DNA of 64,000 nucleotides from Lama glama (taxonomy: Eukaryota). The notes below the pieces were generated by a model. That model had not been told where the DNA came from. It searched no databases and worked only from the letters and a program-made list of their open reading frames with translations. This document shows, piece by piece, positions 50,722 to 63,432 of the stretch (position 1 is the first letter of the stretch; every line of letters begins with the position of its first letter). A program made the translations under genes and the position numbers. The stretch is from positions 28,832,001 through 28,896,000 of the forward strand of contig CM052817.1 in the NCBI GenBank assembly GCA_028534125.1. Direction: 5' to 3'.

Positions 50722-52066
50722 TTGCCTGATCAACTGGACATCCACACGCAGAAATGGAATATAAATACAGCCCTTACACCCCTCACAGAAATCAGCTCAG
50801 AATGGATCATGGACCTAAATGTAAAACACAAGCTATGAAACTCCTAGAAGGTAACATAGGAGAAAACTTAGATGACTTTGTTTTTGAAGGTGACCTTTTT
50901 ATTTGAAAAAAAATACACATGAAAGATAAAAAATGATAAATTGGACTTCATTGAAATTAAGAATCTCTGCTCTGTGAAAGACACTGTTAAGAGAATGAAA
51001 AGGCAATCCATAGAAAATATCTGTAAAGCCACATATTCGATAAAAGACTTGTATCCAAAATATACAAAGAATTCTTAAAACTCAACGATAAGAAAACAAA
51101 CAACCCAATTAAAACATGGTGAAAAATATCTGAACAGACACCAGACTAAAAACAGTGTACAGATGGCAAATAAGCAGATGAAAATTTGCTCAACATATGT
51201 CATAGGAAATTACAAATTAAAACAACGTGATACTATTGCACATCTATTAGAATGGCAAAATTAGGAAACACTGACACCTCAAATGCTGGCGAGGATGTGG
51301 AGCAACAGGAACTCATTAATTGGTGGTGAGAAAACAAAATGGTACAGTCACTCTGGAAAACAACTGACAGCTTCTTACAAAGCTAATTATAGTCTTCAGC
51401 AATTACACTTTATCCATATGTGTTGAAAACATGTCCACACAAAAACCTAGACACAAATGTTTATAGAATCTTCGTCCATAATTTCAACAAAAATGGAAGC
51501 CATAGGTAAACAAACTCTGACTTGGAATATTATTTAACAACAAGAAAAAAAATAAGCTCTCAAGCCACAAAAAGAAAGGGAGTAACCTTAAATACCTGAT
51601 GCTAAGTGAAAGAACCCAATCTGAAAATGCTGCATTCTACAAGATTCCAACTACATGACATTCTGGAAAAGATAAAACTGTAAAGACAGTAAAAATGTCT
51701 ATTGCTTCCAGGGGTTCAGGCAAGGAAATGAGGGAAGAGAGGAGAGGTGAACAAATGGAGCACAGAGATTTTTAGGACAGTAAAAATACTCTATATGTAA
51801 AGTAGATACATGACATTATACTTTTCCCCAAACCCACAGAAAGTACAGCACAAAGAGTGAACCCTAATATGAGCTATGGGCCATAGTTAATAATAATGTG
51901 TCAATATTGGTTCATCAACTGTGACAGAAGCACCACACTAATGAAAGATGTTAAAAACAGGGAACTGCGGGAAGGGTGGGGAGCATATGGTAACTCTGTA
52001 TTTTCTGCACAATTTTTCTATAAACCTGTAACTGTTCCAAAAAATAGAGTCTATTAATTTTTAAAA
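50722..52066 (+). mobile_element. L1MC2-like element, 5'-truncated
   Basis: ORF2 3' part ('caactggacatccacacgca...gaatggatcatggacctaaatgtaaaac') and 3'UTR ending 'ctctgtattttctgcacaatttttctataaacctgtaactgttccaaaaaatagagtctattaa'. Homologous to 22560-23980. Confidence 0.87.
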
Positions 52067-52299
52067 GATTAGGTAAAACATCTGTGAACTGTTTAGTCTT
52101 GAGAAAAATAGGGCTTTGCATAACAGCATTAAAGAAAATGTGTCTTTATAATGTTGATTGTATCTCGTCCCACCACATTTTTATACTATCCCTGAATAAA
52201 AAAAAATAGGACTCCAAAGTCTATTTTAAAAGGATATGTCATATTAAGCACTAAACTATTTTAAGAATATTTAATGATTTTAAATTAATTCAAAAACAA

Positions 52300-52950
52300 T
52301 GAAATTAATACACCAAAATGTGATATAGAGTTGCTGAGAAATACAACATCAATTTTTCTTTTAAAAAGTGAATGAAAACAGCAAAGCTATCACCTGTAAC
52401 CTCTCAGAAAGGCAAAAAATAATCATCTGAATAAAAATGTATCTATCCAGCCTTGTCAAAGATGTGGCAAAATGGACATTGTCTCCAAAACTGATAAAGA
52501 TTAAATTGTTTCAAACTTTTTGGAGGGCAGAGAAATCATAAACAAATTGAAATTTTAAATGTTTATACCAAGTTATTCAGTAATTTCATCTAGCAGTTTA
52601 TCCTAAGAAGATAATCAGACAAAGATTAAAAAAAAAAGATTTATTTCCAAGGATATTCATTACAGTCCGTTATAGTAGGAAAAAATGGAAGTAGCACACA
52701 TGTTCCTCAAAGGGAGATTATTAAATAAATTCTGGTCATTCCCTAATAGATGACTATGTAATCATCAAATTGGAGCTGCTGTATGTCTCACTGACAAAGA
52801 AATATCTTGCTTAAAATTTGAGTTTGAAAAGCAGTTTGTAAAATTATACTTCTAACATAATTTACATAAAATTATATATAGGCTGTCTGCATGCATACAT
52901 TTATATGTGTTTCACTGTGCATGTTTGTGTACAAAGAGAGAGAAGGAATC
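52300..52950 (+). mobile_element. Ancient L1ME 3' fragment
   Basis: 'caaactttttggagggca...cagtaatttcatctagcagtttatcctaagaagataatcaga...ccaaggatattcattaca'. Confidence 0.6.
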
Positions 52951-53369
52951 TGAGAAGGAATCTTTGCTTTTATTTTTGTATCTTACCTTCTTAAGAATAT
53001 AGACCTAGAAATAAATAATTCAAACAAGTAGGCAAGCAAACAAACAAAAACAAAACCAGAGAGATTAATAAGGAAGACTGAGAGGAGACTTGGCCATATG
53101 GATTAGCTTACCTCACTTATGAATAGTTATCATCATAATAAATGTTGTTTTCATAATTCATTGTAACGGAATTTGGAATTACAAACAATCATGACCAACT
53201 TCTGGGAACGTGATTAAGCAAGCCAGTCTTCCTCTCAATACCCTTTTGTCATTTGTAAAGTCCTAGAAAGCCCCAAGCAGATGGCAGGTATACACTCCCC
53301 ACGCTCCATTTTTTTCCCACCCTCACAGCTTGAGTGGTCTTTTTTAGAAGAGGAATTTTTATCATGTTA

Positions 53370-53910
53370 TTATATGTGTTCTGCCCTGTTCTCTGAATCA
53401 CCTACTTTAAAATCCTTTAATGAATTTCCATTGCTCCAGAGATAAAGATAAAGCACTCTGGGGCCCCTGATGGCTGTTACTACCTGCTCCAGCCTCACAA
53501 TGAGCTACGTTCTATGCTACATTCCAGCCACCCTTGTCTTCCTTCCGCCCCTTGGACTTGCTGGGCTTCCCTCTACCGCAGGTCCTCTTGTCCTCTTCTA
53601 GTTAACTCCTGCTTCTCCTCCACATGTCAGTTCAAGCATGGTCCTCACCAAAGCCCTCCTTGACCTCCCTGACTAGGTGAAGTCCCCCGTCATGCAATCA
53701 CATAGCATCATACAGTTCTGTGGCTCTTATCACAACTGCAACGTGTGATAAATTTGATGAATACCTCTCTCCCCTACTTCACAGCAAGCTCCAAGAGTAC
53801 AGGGAACATGTCTATTTATGCATACTATTGCATTGCCAGCCCTCAACTTGATACCTAGGAGGAACTCAGTAAATCATTTACTGAATAAATAAGTAAATGA
53901 ATCAATCAAT
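53370..53910 (+). mobile_element. L2 3' portion with tail
   Basis: 'aaaatcctttaatgaatttccattgctc...cattccagccaccc...ccctccttgacctccctgactagg...ctcagtaaatcatttactgaataaataagtaaatgaatcaatc'. Confidence 0.8.
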
Positions 53911-56900
53911 TAATCTCAAAGCTAACAGAATTCTGAGAGGTTCACCCCCCCATTACTGGATCCCGTTTAGCACATCAGACTATAATGTTTACACTGTACC
54001 TTAAGTTTACAACAAGGAATCATCTGTGACCAGGCAAACTATCACTGACCTTATAAAGAATGACTTTTAAAATATTCTTAAAGAAGAAAATTAAAAATAT
54101 TTTTAATACCAGTAAAATATATATTCTCTCAATATTCAAGTTTTTTTTTTGGGGGGGTGCTCAACACAGTTGAAATTAGAATTAATACCACAGTCTACTC
54201 AATTGACAAAACTGGCATTATTGGTAACCTCTGAGATGGTTACAGAAAAAAATGGTGGCGGTATTTCTTTTTTACTGGCTGTGAGTTTGATGATCTAGGC
54301 AGATAATCTTTTAAATACCTTTCCAGCTACTGGATGTGTAAAATACAGCAAATGGCACAACAGAAGCCATCACCCGTCCAAAGATATTCAAGATTTCATA
54401 TCATCTTTAAAGCTAACACTGTAGGTTGCTATCTTAAATTATGATAGAGACCCAAGGTGGGAAAAATAAACTGACAAAGTTATAAAAATTTTTTTCTTCA
54501 AAACAATCTTTTGGCTGCTTTATCAAGATGGCCTTCAGCTGAAATCCTCTGATATGGGTAGTCATTCCCAATCTTTGAGATTAAAGTTAAAACCAGGATT
54601 TCACAGCATCACCTAGAGCTTCTTGAACAGTTTTATCAGTGTCTGGTCAGTATCTTTCTTAAAGGCAAGTCGGATTCGGCAGAAGCCGTACTCTGGAATT
54701 CAGCCAATGACAGTTGAAACTCAGAGACACTAAGCTAACAGCAGGATACTCAATCACAAAATCATTTTTTGCTAAGATTAAGTGGAGGACCACCTTTAGT
54801 GTATGAAAAAAAAAAACCCTATAAATACAGATAGAACAAGCTATGCTTAAAATCCCTTGACTGTTGGAATTAGCAGCAGAAAGATAAATATGGATTTTGG
54901 CACCCAGAACAGGAACAGCTTTTCTGAGGGGAAAAGCTGTTATGTAAACCAACAGGTAAAGAGGTAAGCTCAGAGACAACCCACAATCAACCCTGTTAGA
55001 CTCATCTTTATTCCACAGTATTTTCAAAACCACCAGCTTCAGAGAAAGCAACATAAATCCAGAGTTACAGTTAACTATGAAGGGCAAAGGATGATATTTT
55101 GAGAAAGAATTAAAGTTTTGTAATCATTAAGAAAACACACTTTCTAGAAATCTTACATTCTGGCACATTTTTAGTATCTGGACTGGGCTGCTTCTAACCT
55201 GATTTTACACTTGACCGAACCTCAGTGAGGCACCAGCACAGACACTGCTCAGCTCCTCCTGCTCTTTTTCCTTTTTTTGCAAAATTACAAGCAAGTTGGT
55301 TGTCCAGGTTTTCTACACTGGGGGCTCTACTCAAGCAGTAGCTGAATGTATCCCAGTGTAAGGAAGACACAGAATGAAAATACTCCTTTCTGGTTAAGAG
55401 GGAAAAATCAGAGCATTCACTGGCATAAAAGGACTCTATAGTGGAACAGAAATGCATTGAGGAGGGAGAAGTATTCCATTAGCATAATCTTCTGTAATTG
55501 ATCGGAGAGAGGTTATTTAAGGTACTTCTAATTGGGTCATGCTTACCATTCAAGAAAACAATTACCAAAGGAAAGCTTTTTTCCTTTTTTTCTTTTTTTT
55601 TTTTTTTTTTGCCTTCTATGTAGGAGAGCTGAGCATAATGACTAGTTCGGTATATGCTTATAGTTCCAGACAAGATAAGAGGATGTTTAAGAGAAAATAA
55701 CCATACGAACCTGATAGCAGGATTTACACATTTTACGTGAAGGAGATTGCAAACTGTAGAGCACTTCGACATGTGAAGTCTTTTGAGTTTTGCTAGTGGA
55801 TAACCACTTTATTTTTTTTTAAGGGGATATGAGTTGCTTTTGCTGGCATTTCTTTTCTGAGTACTTGCAGGTTTTTTTGTTTCTTTGTTTTAATAAATAA
55901 TATCATATCTATTGACTGGCATTCTCCTGGAATTTACACAAAGTCTTAACACATTTTCTGGGTTAAAAATGATCCAGATATTTCAGAATAATGAAGAAAA
56001 TGCAAGTTGGATGAATGTACAAGCACCTCCTGACACAGCAGTTCTTCCTGACTCTGCGTCTTAGGACCAAGATTGGTTTCTGCTTTCACCCACAACCTTC
56101 ACACAAGGAAATGTTCTCTTTTTGAAAAAGGCTCTGGGGCATCCATTAGTGTTCTACTATTTCTCTCTTAATCTTGCTTTCTCATAGGAAGTAGATGGGG
56201 ATATTTTCAGATCTCAAATCTACCTTTAATATCATTGAAATGACATGAAGAGTTGAAAATATACAGTTTAGAAATACCAGTCACTTGAATTGGATGCTGT
56301 CATGTATTTGGGATTATAAATGTTTCCAACCTTCAAAATTGTAAATATGGCCAAAATGTATCCAAAATCACATCCTTATATAGAAATAACTATACATCTA
56401 GAAATTAATCTTATCAGAATACTTAGAAATGGGCTCAAATTTTACATATGATATTACCATTAGAGCATAACTTGAAAATTGGAAAAGGTATAAAGCCACC
56501 TAAAGACATTGAAATAGAAGATTGGCTAAATAACAGATAACATTAGGGCTCTATGTAGTTGCAAATAACAGGAAATCTGACTAATGGGGTTTTGATTAAT
56601 TCATATATAATCATATAATTATATATGAATTATATTAATTCTTTTTTTAAACATTTTTAATGAGTTATAGTTATTTAACAATGTTGTGTCAAATTCCACT
56701 GTAGAGCACAATTTTTCAGTTATATATGAACATATATATATATTCATTGTCACATTTCCTTTTCGCTGTGAGCTACCACAAGATCTTGCATATATTTCCC
56801 TGTGCTATACAGTATAATCTTGTTTATCTATTCTACATATGCCTGTCAGTATCTACAAATTTTGAAATCCTAGTCTGTCCCTTCCCACCCCCCTCCCCCT

Positions 56901-57319
56901 TGGTAACACAGGTTTGTATTCTATGTCTATGAGTCTATTTGTTTTGTATTTATGTTCCTTTTTTCTTTTTCTTTGTTTTTTTAGATTCCACATATGAGCA
57001 ATCTTATATGGTATTTTTCTTTCTCTCTCTGGCTTATTTTACTTAGAATGACATTCTCCAGGAACATCCATGTTGCTGCAAATGGCATTATGTTGTCGGT
57101 TTTTATGGCTGAATAGTATTCCATTGTATAAATATACAACTACTTCTTTATCCAGTCATCTGTTGTTGGACATTTACACTGTTTCCATGTCTCAGCTATT
57201 GTAAATAGTGCTGCTATGAACATTGGGGTGCAGGTGTCATCCTGAAGTAGGGTTCCTTCTGGATATATGCCCAGGAGTGGGATTCCTGGGTCATACGGTA
57301 GGTCTGTTCCTAGTCTTTC

Positions 57320-57419
57320 NNNNNNNNNNNNNNNNNNNNNNNNNNNNNNNNNNNNNNNNNNNNNNNNNNNNNNNNNNNNNNNNNNNNNNNNNNNNNNNNN
57401 NNNNNNNNNNNNNNNNNNN
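57320..57419. other. Assembly gap (100 N) inside L1
   Basis: Exactly 100 N. Confidence 1.
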
Positions 57420-58020
57420 TATATATTCTGGAGATCAAGCCTTCATCGGTTTCATTTGCAAAAATTTTCTCCCATTCCATAGGTTGTCTTTTTGTTTTAC
57501 TTATGGTTTCCTTTGCTGTGCAGAAGCTTGTAAGTTTAATTAGGTTCCATTTGTTTATTCTTGCTTTTATTTCTATTGCTTGCATAGACTGCCCTAGGAG
57601 AACAATTTTCAGATATATGTCAGATAATGTTTTGCCTATATTTTCTTCTAGGAGGTTTATTGTATCTTGCCTTATGTTTAAGTCTTTGATCCATTTTGAG
57701 TTTATTTTTGTGTATGGTGTAAGGGAGTGTTCTAGCTTCATTGCTTTACATGCTGCTGTCCAGTTTTCCCTACACCATTTGCTGAAGAGACTGTCTTTAT
57801 TCCATTGTATATTCTTGCCGCCTTTGTTGAAGATTAGTTGACCAAAAGTTTGTAGGTTCATTTCTGGGCTCTCTATTCTGTTCCATTGGTCTATATGTCT
57901 GTTTTTGTACCAATACCATGCTGTCTTGATGACTATACCTCAATAGTATTACCTGAAGTCTGGGAGAGTTATTCCTCCAGCCTCTTTCTTTTTCTTCAGT
58001 AATGCTTTGGCAATTCTAGG
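57420..58020 (-). pseudogene. L1 ORF2p C-terminal region remnant
   Basis: [23 protein letters not shown]...[16 protein letters not shown]...[13 protein letters not shown] is canonical ORF2p. Upstream, the frame ...ITLPDFR is followed by TAA and a frameshift. Confidence 0.92.
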
Positions 58021-58499
58021 TCTTTGAATTACATTAATTCTTATATAAATTATTTATAAGAATTAATTTTTTTCACATAATAAGTCTACTTAGAAGTAGT
58101 GGCTCACATGCCTTTGATGCTCAGCAATGCCAGAATTTTTCTATATTCCTGATCTAACAGCGTTCAAATGTTGTTTGCATTCTCATAGTTGAAAGACAGC
58201 AGACATGGCTCAGACATCATCTTTCAAGGTAGGAAGAACAGGATAAAGATCTAAAAAAATCTTAGCATACCAGACCTTTTTATCAACAAAGCAGAAACTT
58301 CCCAGAAATCTAGCAGAAGACTTTTACTTAAATCCCGTAAGCCATAAATGGGTTACACTGACAACCCTAGCTGGAAGACAAGTGTGAAAGATTATTATTT
58401 CTTTTCCAGCCTCAATTCCTGGAAGTAGAGAGAAGGAGATGGAAATGACAGCTGAGCGAGCCAACCAACAGTCCTGACCACATAAATTACATCTTTGAA

Positions 58500-58622
58500 A
58501 TAAGTTACAGGAGAACAGGAGCTTTACCTCTTGGCTTTTGCATCCCTGGAGTAGAGTACTTTGCTTGGCACACGGTAATGTTCAATAAATGGCTGATGAA
58601 TGAATAGGTTGATAAATGAATA
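58500..58622 (+). mobile_element. L2 3' tail
   Basis: 'tgcttggcacacggtaatgttcaataaatggctgatgaatgaata'. Confidence 0.7.
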
Positions 58623-59249
58623 GAATATTGGCAGTCATAAAAGTATATTTTCAAAGGGTATTAAGAGCACTGAAGACTGCTTCCAACAAAATATTATACA
58701 AAGTAAGCAGAATACAAACCTATATATTCTGTGTATATAGCCTGGAATTAAGGTCAATCCTGAAACATGTACATATAAACAAATGTGAATACAAATTTCA
58801 TATTGTCTAAGTGGTTCTCTCTTGTTAGTATTCCTGTGGGTTACAACCCTGCTGTGTCTTAGTATCTATATTATAAAATTGGTAACATCCCAAGTTTATT
58901 AGGATAATGAAATGAAATGAAGTTAGTTGTTAGTTAACCAAAAGAATCTACTTTCTTCCATTTCCTATTCTTTGATTAGTTTTTTGGCCAGTATTAAATT
59001 TTTGTTTTAGCTTTATTTTCCTGCCTGATTCTCTCAATTTCTGCTCCAGATAATTTATGTGGTGCTTAGAGCTACATTCTGCTGATCGTCTACTTCAGGT
59101 CAATCTTGACCATGCAAAAATTTTTTCTAAAGTAACTATTGGTAAATACTGGTGACAATCTTTGTACTTCTAGGGATCCATGCATTTTCTTTTCCTGATG
59201 GAAACAGCATCATTGCCCTCTTGACAATATTTCAGTGGTGCTAGGTGAT

Positions 59250-59560
59250 CCAGACTTTCAATGAGCACAATGCACCATACAGTCCATTAGAATGAATAGA
59301 GTAAAGTCCCCTCTCTCAAGGGGCTTGCTTGAAGTCCAGAGAAAGACAAACAGAGGAGCTGAGAATTTTAAGTGCATGAGGCCAGTGCACTGATGACACT
59401 GAAGCTATAGTGAGGGTACAGACACAAGTGTGGAGGATCAGCTAGGGGCAGGAGGGACGAAGGCAGTTTATGGAGGAGGTGACAGCACAGCAGACTCATA
59501 TTACACAGATAGGTGGACGCTGAAGGGGAGGAAAGGGAGGTAAAGCAGTCAAGAACAATA
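59250..59560 (-). mobile_element. L2 fragment
   Basis: 'gaatgaatagagtaaagtcccctctctcaaggggctt...gaaggcagtttatggaggaggtgaca'. Confidence 0.55.
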
Positions 59561-60284
59561 AAAAAAGAACATCTTTTAAAGGATTAATCATTTCTATGAA
59601 AAGAGGCCCTGGGACATTTCTCCTTCAGTTACTTTGCTTACAAACCTGCTTCAAAATTCAGTGTGTTTTTGATTAATAAGCATCCTTTACTGTGTCTGAA
59701 AGGAAAGGTCTTAAGGTCAGTAACAGGATGCCTTTCCAGGCACAGAACTGGGTCTCAATATTTGCTTCCAAAAATCAGACCACGTCTTGAAGACACTGCT
59801 TCGATTATTTTAAAAACCTGAGACACTGTTACAAGGCGCTGCTTGGTGCAGAGAAATAACCCCACATCATCTTTCAGGACAGCACAGCTATAATTAAAAT
59901 CCCAGCCTTATCAGTGATTTTGGAAATCCATTCATATGATAGGTTTTAGGAGCTCATAAAATATGGAGGGACATTTCTCTATTCAATAACATAGGATGAT
60001 GCATCTGTTGCAAATACTACTTATTTTGTAGAAACTAAATGCAAAATGTTTACCTTTATTAATGGAGCTCATCTTCCTTGAGCCTCCTTCTTCCTCCCCT
60101 CGCCTGGCTGACCTCCACTACCGGCGGGCATAACCTTACCTTCTCTGGAATCCTTTACTAACTCAGGAACCCTGGGAGAGAAGTCTTTCCTGTTGGCTCC
60201 CTATGCTCTTCATCCTAACACATATCTACTCATTACCCCCGTCCTTCACGACACCGACAGGGCTCAGGGACCGGAGACCCTCAG

Positions 60285-60542
60285 GAAGGCCCAGTACAGG
60301 TTGTAGTTAAGAGCAAGGGATCCAGAGCAGGGCTGCCGGGGATCAGATACCAGCCCCATGCTCCGTGTCTCTAACACTGTATGTACTTAACCTGTTTATT
60401 CCTCAGTTTCCTCATTTGTAAAATGGGAACCATAACAATATTTATGTCATAGGGTTGTTATAAAGATAACATGATTTAATATTTTAAAGCATTTATTCTG
60501 GGACCCAACCTATCGTAAGTACTATACAAGTTTAGCTATTTT
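60285..60542 (+). mobile_element. MIR, near full length
   Basis: 'tagttaagagcaaggga...cctcagtttcctcatttgtaaaatggg...catagggttgttataaagata...gtaagtactatacaagtttagctatt'. Confidence 0.85.
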
Positions 60543-61629
60543 TTAAAAATTAATCACCGGTGTTTGTCCAGGACTAACGTTATTCCTGGCCCCAAACTGG
60601 TGATAAATAATATGTTGAATAAAGCAACAGAATTAAATCACTGAGCAAATTTTGTTCTCTTATCTCATTCTTCCCACTGTTCCTGCCTCTCTTCCCCAGG
60701 CCCCAGTCTCTTTTCCTTCTCTCTTCTTTCCCCCTCTCTCACTCACATCCAGTCAATACTCCAAGAGTTTACAAAATCCTTGGATTAGAAATTGTGAAAT
60801 TTCACACACTTCATTCACTGCACTGAAAAGTCAGGCCTCATTAAAGATATCTATGTCTATTTCTCCCAAAGTACGATCCTTTATAAATAACACCAAATAG
60901 TTTAGACAGCTACACAGCAAGGTAAGTGAAGACTACAGTCTTCTCAGAAGAATTGGGGCAGTCCTCAAAGCCAGTCTTTCACATAGATAATGCTCGGTAT
61001 GTGTTAGCCTAGACTGTCTACAACTTTCTAGAAGATCGCACAGCTTTTCACTCTACACGGATGGGGAGGCCCAAAGTCAAAGTGTAGACTAATGCACAAG
61101 AAGTACACAAAGGCGCTCCTGGAGGAGAAAGAACGATCAACACAGAGCGGAGGGCTGGCATGTGATGAGAAGAATCTGACCTACATTTTAGCAGACCTAG
61201 AGGCTGCAGGAAACGGCCTGAAGCCTTCCTTCCTGAGACAGAACTACAGCTCTCCTCTCATATCCTGTGGAGTTCCATAGCCTGTCCACTCATGGCTGCA
61301 TGAGGATTGCAATGTCCCAGACAGCTGGACGGCAAATGTATTCAGGGGCCCTCCCTACAAAAAGTCCTGAGGCTGAGATTTAGGAAAAGGTCGCAGGGCC
61401 CCCAGCCCTTCTGCAGCCTCAAGCTCTCAATGTGGTTTTACCGGAGAGGCATGCACGTTGGGCCTATGGGGGCTTCTTATAAATGATGAGTTTTTTTCAG
61501 TCTAATTACCTATACATCTAGTACAGATGTTTTCAATCAGCTAGGACCACCAGGAAGAAGAAAACTAAGTGATTTTCATCTCACGCCATCGAGATAGGTG
61601 AGAAACCTATGTTTTCCCTCATTGTTACT

Positions 61630-62010
61630 ACTATGAGCGAAGCTATGGGAATACAGACGTGAAGAAAACGCAGTTGTTTCCATTAGGGAGCTCACATTCC
61701 AGTCAGGGATATCAGAGCAGTAGTAAGACTAAAAGGAGCTGCAATAGGTAAAGGGTTAACTGTGACCAGAGGAGGTTGGAGATAACTTCGGTTCTGGGTC
61801 TCCAAAAATACGTGTCAGGTTCTTAGATGAAAAAGTAAGAAAGGGTATTCCTGGTGGAGGAGGCAGTATGAGCAAAAGCATCAAGCAGCACGGAAGGCTG
61901 AGACATCTGGGAGAGACTGGATGTGTCTGGAGCACCTGGAATGAGTGAGAAGCAGGGGGAAGTAATCCTGGAGGGAAGTCCTGACACTAACGTTTGCAGG
62001 ACCCAGGGTA
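61630..62010 (-). mobile_element. L2 fragment
   Basis: 'gggaatacagacgtgaagaaaacgcag...gggagctcacattccagt...gggtattcctggtggaggaggcagtatgagcaaaagca'. Confidence 0.65.
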
Positions 62011-62159
62011 AAAAATGTAAAAGAAGCCTGCATACCATATGACTAGTTAAAATGTATAAATCAAGATAACCTAACATTAAATAAAATATGCTCTAGCCTC
62101 CTACCTTTACGAATAGACAGTCTTAACAATCTGACGGCCAGAATGAAATTTAGAGCTCT

Positions 62160-62752
62160 TGTATTTCTTGAGGTTTCACATGAAAAGACAGCCCCATACC
62201 CCACAACACGATAACTTAAACAACAAATATTCACTGTCTTACAGTTCTATGGGTTAGTAATGCCTGTATTACAGCCCTGGCTCAAGATCTTTCATATGGT
62301 TGCAACCAGACTGTCCACTGGAGCTGTGATCTCACTTGGAGGCTTGACTAGGAGGCAATATAATTCCAAGATCACTCATATGGCAGGAATCTGTTTCTTA
62401 ATGTCTGTTGGACCAATAACCTCAGTTCACCACTAGCTATAGGTTTGGCCAGAGATTTCCATTTCCATCAGTTCCATGTCATGTGGATCTCTCCACAGGG
62501 CACGCACAACATAGCAGTTGGCTTCTCTTAGAGAGAACGAATGAGTAAGAGGTCAAGAGTAAACATCCAAGATGGAAGTCTTTGCCTTTTTATAACCCAA
62601 TCCAAGAAGTGACACCCCATCACTTTTGCTGGACTGTATTCATTAGAAGGGAGTCAACAGGCCCAGCCCATACTCAAGGAAAGGATAACACAAGAGCATG
62701 AATACCAGGAAGTAGGATCAATGGGCGACCACCTTACAAGCTTCTTACCACA
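62160..62752 (-). mobile_element. MLT1F-like MaLR solo LTR
   Basis: 'tttttataacccaatccaagaagtgacaccccatcacttttgct...cccagcccatactcaagg...gaataccaggaagtaggatcaatggg...cttaccaca' matches the reverse complement of the MLT1F 5' half. Confidence 0.85.
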
Positions 62753-62991
62753 GACTAACACGCAGATAACAATTTTAATCAAACATCCTTCTTTATATAT
62801 ACAACATATATAACACACACGTGTGTGTGTGTATACATCAATGAGTGAACAAGATATTAGGATAAAATGTTCACATATCCTTGATTTAAAATGGTTTTGA
62901 ATTACTATTAGTGACTGCCATGAAAAATGTAATGATTATTTTTTTTTCTAATGAAGCGATCACAAAGAAATTCACACAAATATTTTGGGGT

Positions 62992-63133
62992 CGAATTAAT
63001 TTCCTACAGCTGCCGTTTCCTCTGGCAGCAAATCACTAAAAATTCAGCGGCTTAAAACAACATAAATTTACTACCTTACAGTTTGAGAGGTTAGAAGTTC
63101 AAAATCAATCTTAGTGGGCTAAAATCAAGGTGT
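62992..63133 (-). mobile_element. MLT1C/D-like LTR 3' fragment
   Basis: 'gcggcttaaaacaacataaatttactaccttacagtt...agaagttcaaaatca...gggctaaaatcaaggtgt'. Confidence 0.75.
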
Positions 63134-63395
63134 AAAAGTCACCTACTCTTTGGCCATGCAATTTAAATGAAAAAACAAAGACCAAATAACATCAAATTGT
63201 TTACAACTGTCCCTAAACTTCTGAAAGGAGCACATCCTGGGATTACACTTGATAAACTATTGAGAATTACTATTGGGCCTCACATGAGGGCTGAACAGTA
63301 ACACTGTTTATATGAAGTCTTTGACAGATTATGCATAAATTATGTGATTAGTCCATGGAAACTAAAACAGAAGTCACAAAGTGGAGTAAAACCAG

Positions 63396-63432
63396 GTGTG
63401 AGTGTGTAAATGTGTGTGTGTGTGTGTGTGTG
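63396..63432. repeat. (TG)n microsatellite, imperfect
   Basis: Read directly. Confidence 0.9.

Larger units (their letters stand above)
56644..58025 (-). mobile_element. Young camelid-type L1, 5'-truncated, with TSD
   Basis: 3'UTR homologous to the 4051 and 18000 copies. 17-bp TSD gaatta(t/c)attaattctt at 56627-56643 and 58026-58042. Confidence 0.95.
56541..58482 (-). mobile_element. MLT1J-like MaLR LTR split by a young L1 (pieces about 56541-56600 and 58068-58482)
   Basis: Left piece 'tagttgcaaataacaggaaatctgactaa'; right piece 'tttcacataataag...cttcccagaaatctagcagaagacttttactta...gagcgagccaaccaacagtcctgaccaca' ending in 'ca'. Confidence 0.7.

Noticed and set aside
52940..52963. 12-bp tandem duplication gagaaggaatct x2
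   Set aside because: Ordinary slippage micro-duplication in old L1 sequence.
54659..55457. Minus ORFs of 142 and 87 aa
   Set aside because: No recognisable homology or splice support; lengths are compatible with chance.
4051..58025. Oppositely oriented young L1 3'UTRs and SINEs as potential dsRNA/editing substrates
   Set aside because: Inverted partners are more than 10 kb apart and separated by assembly gaps.
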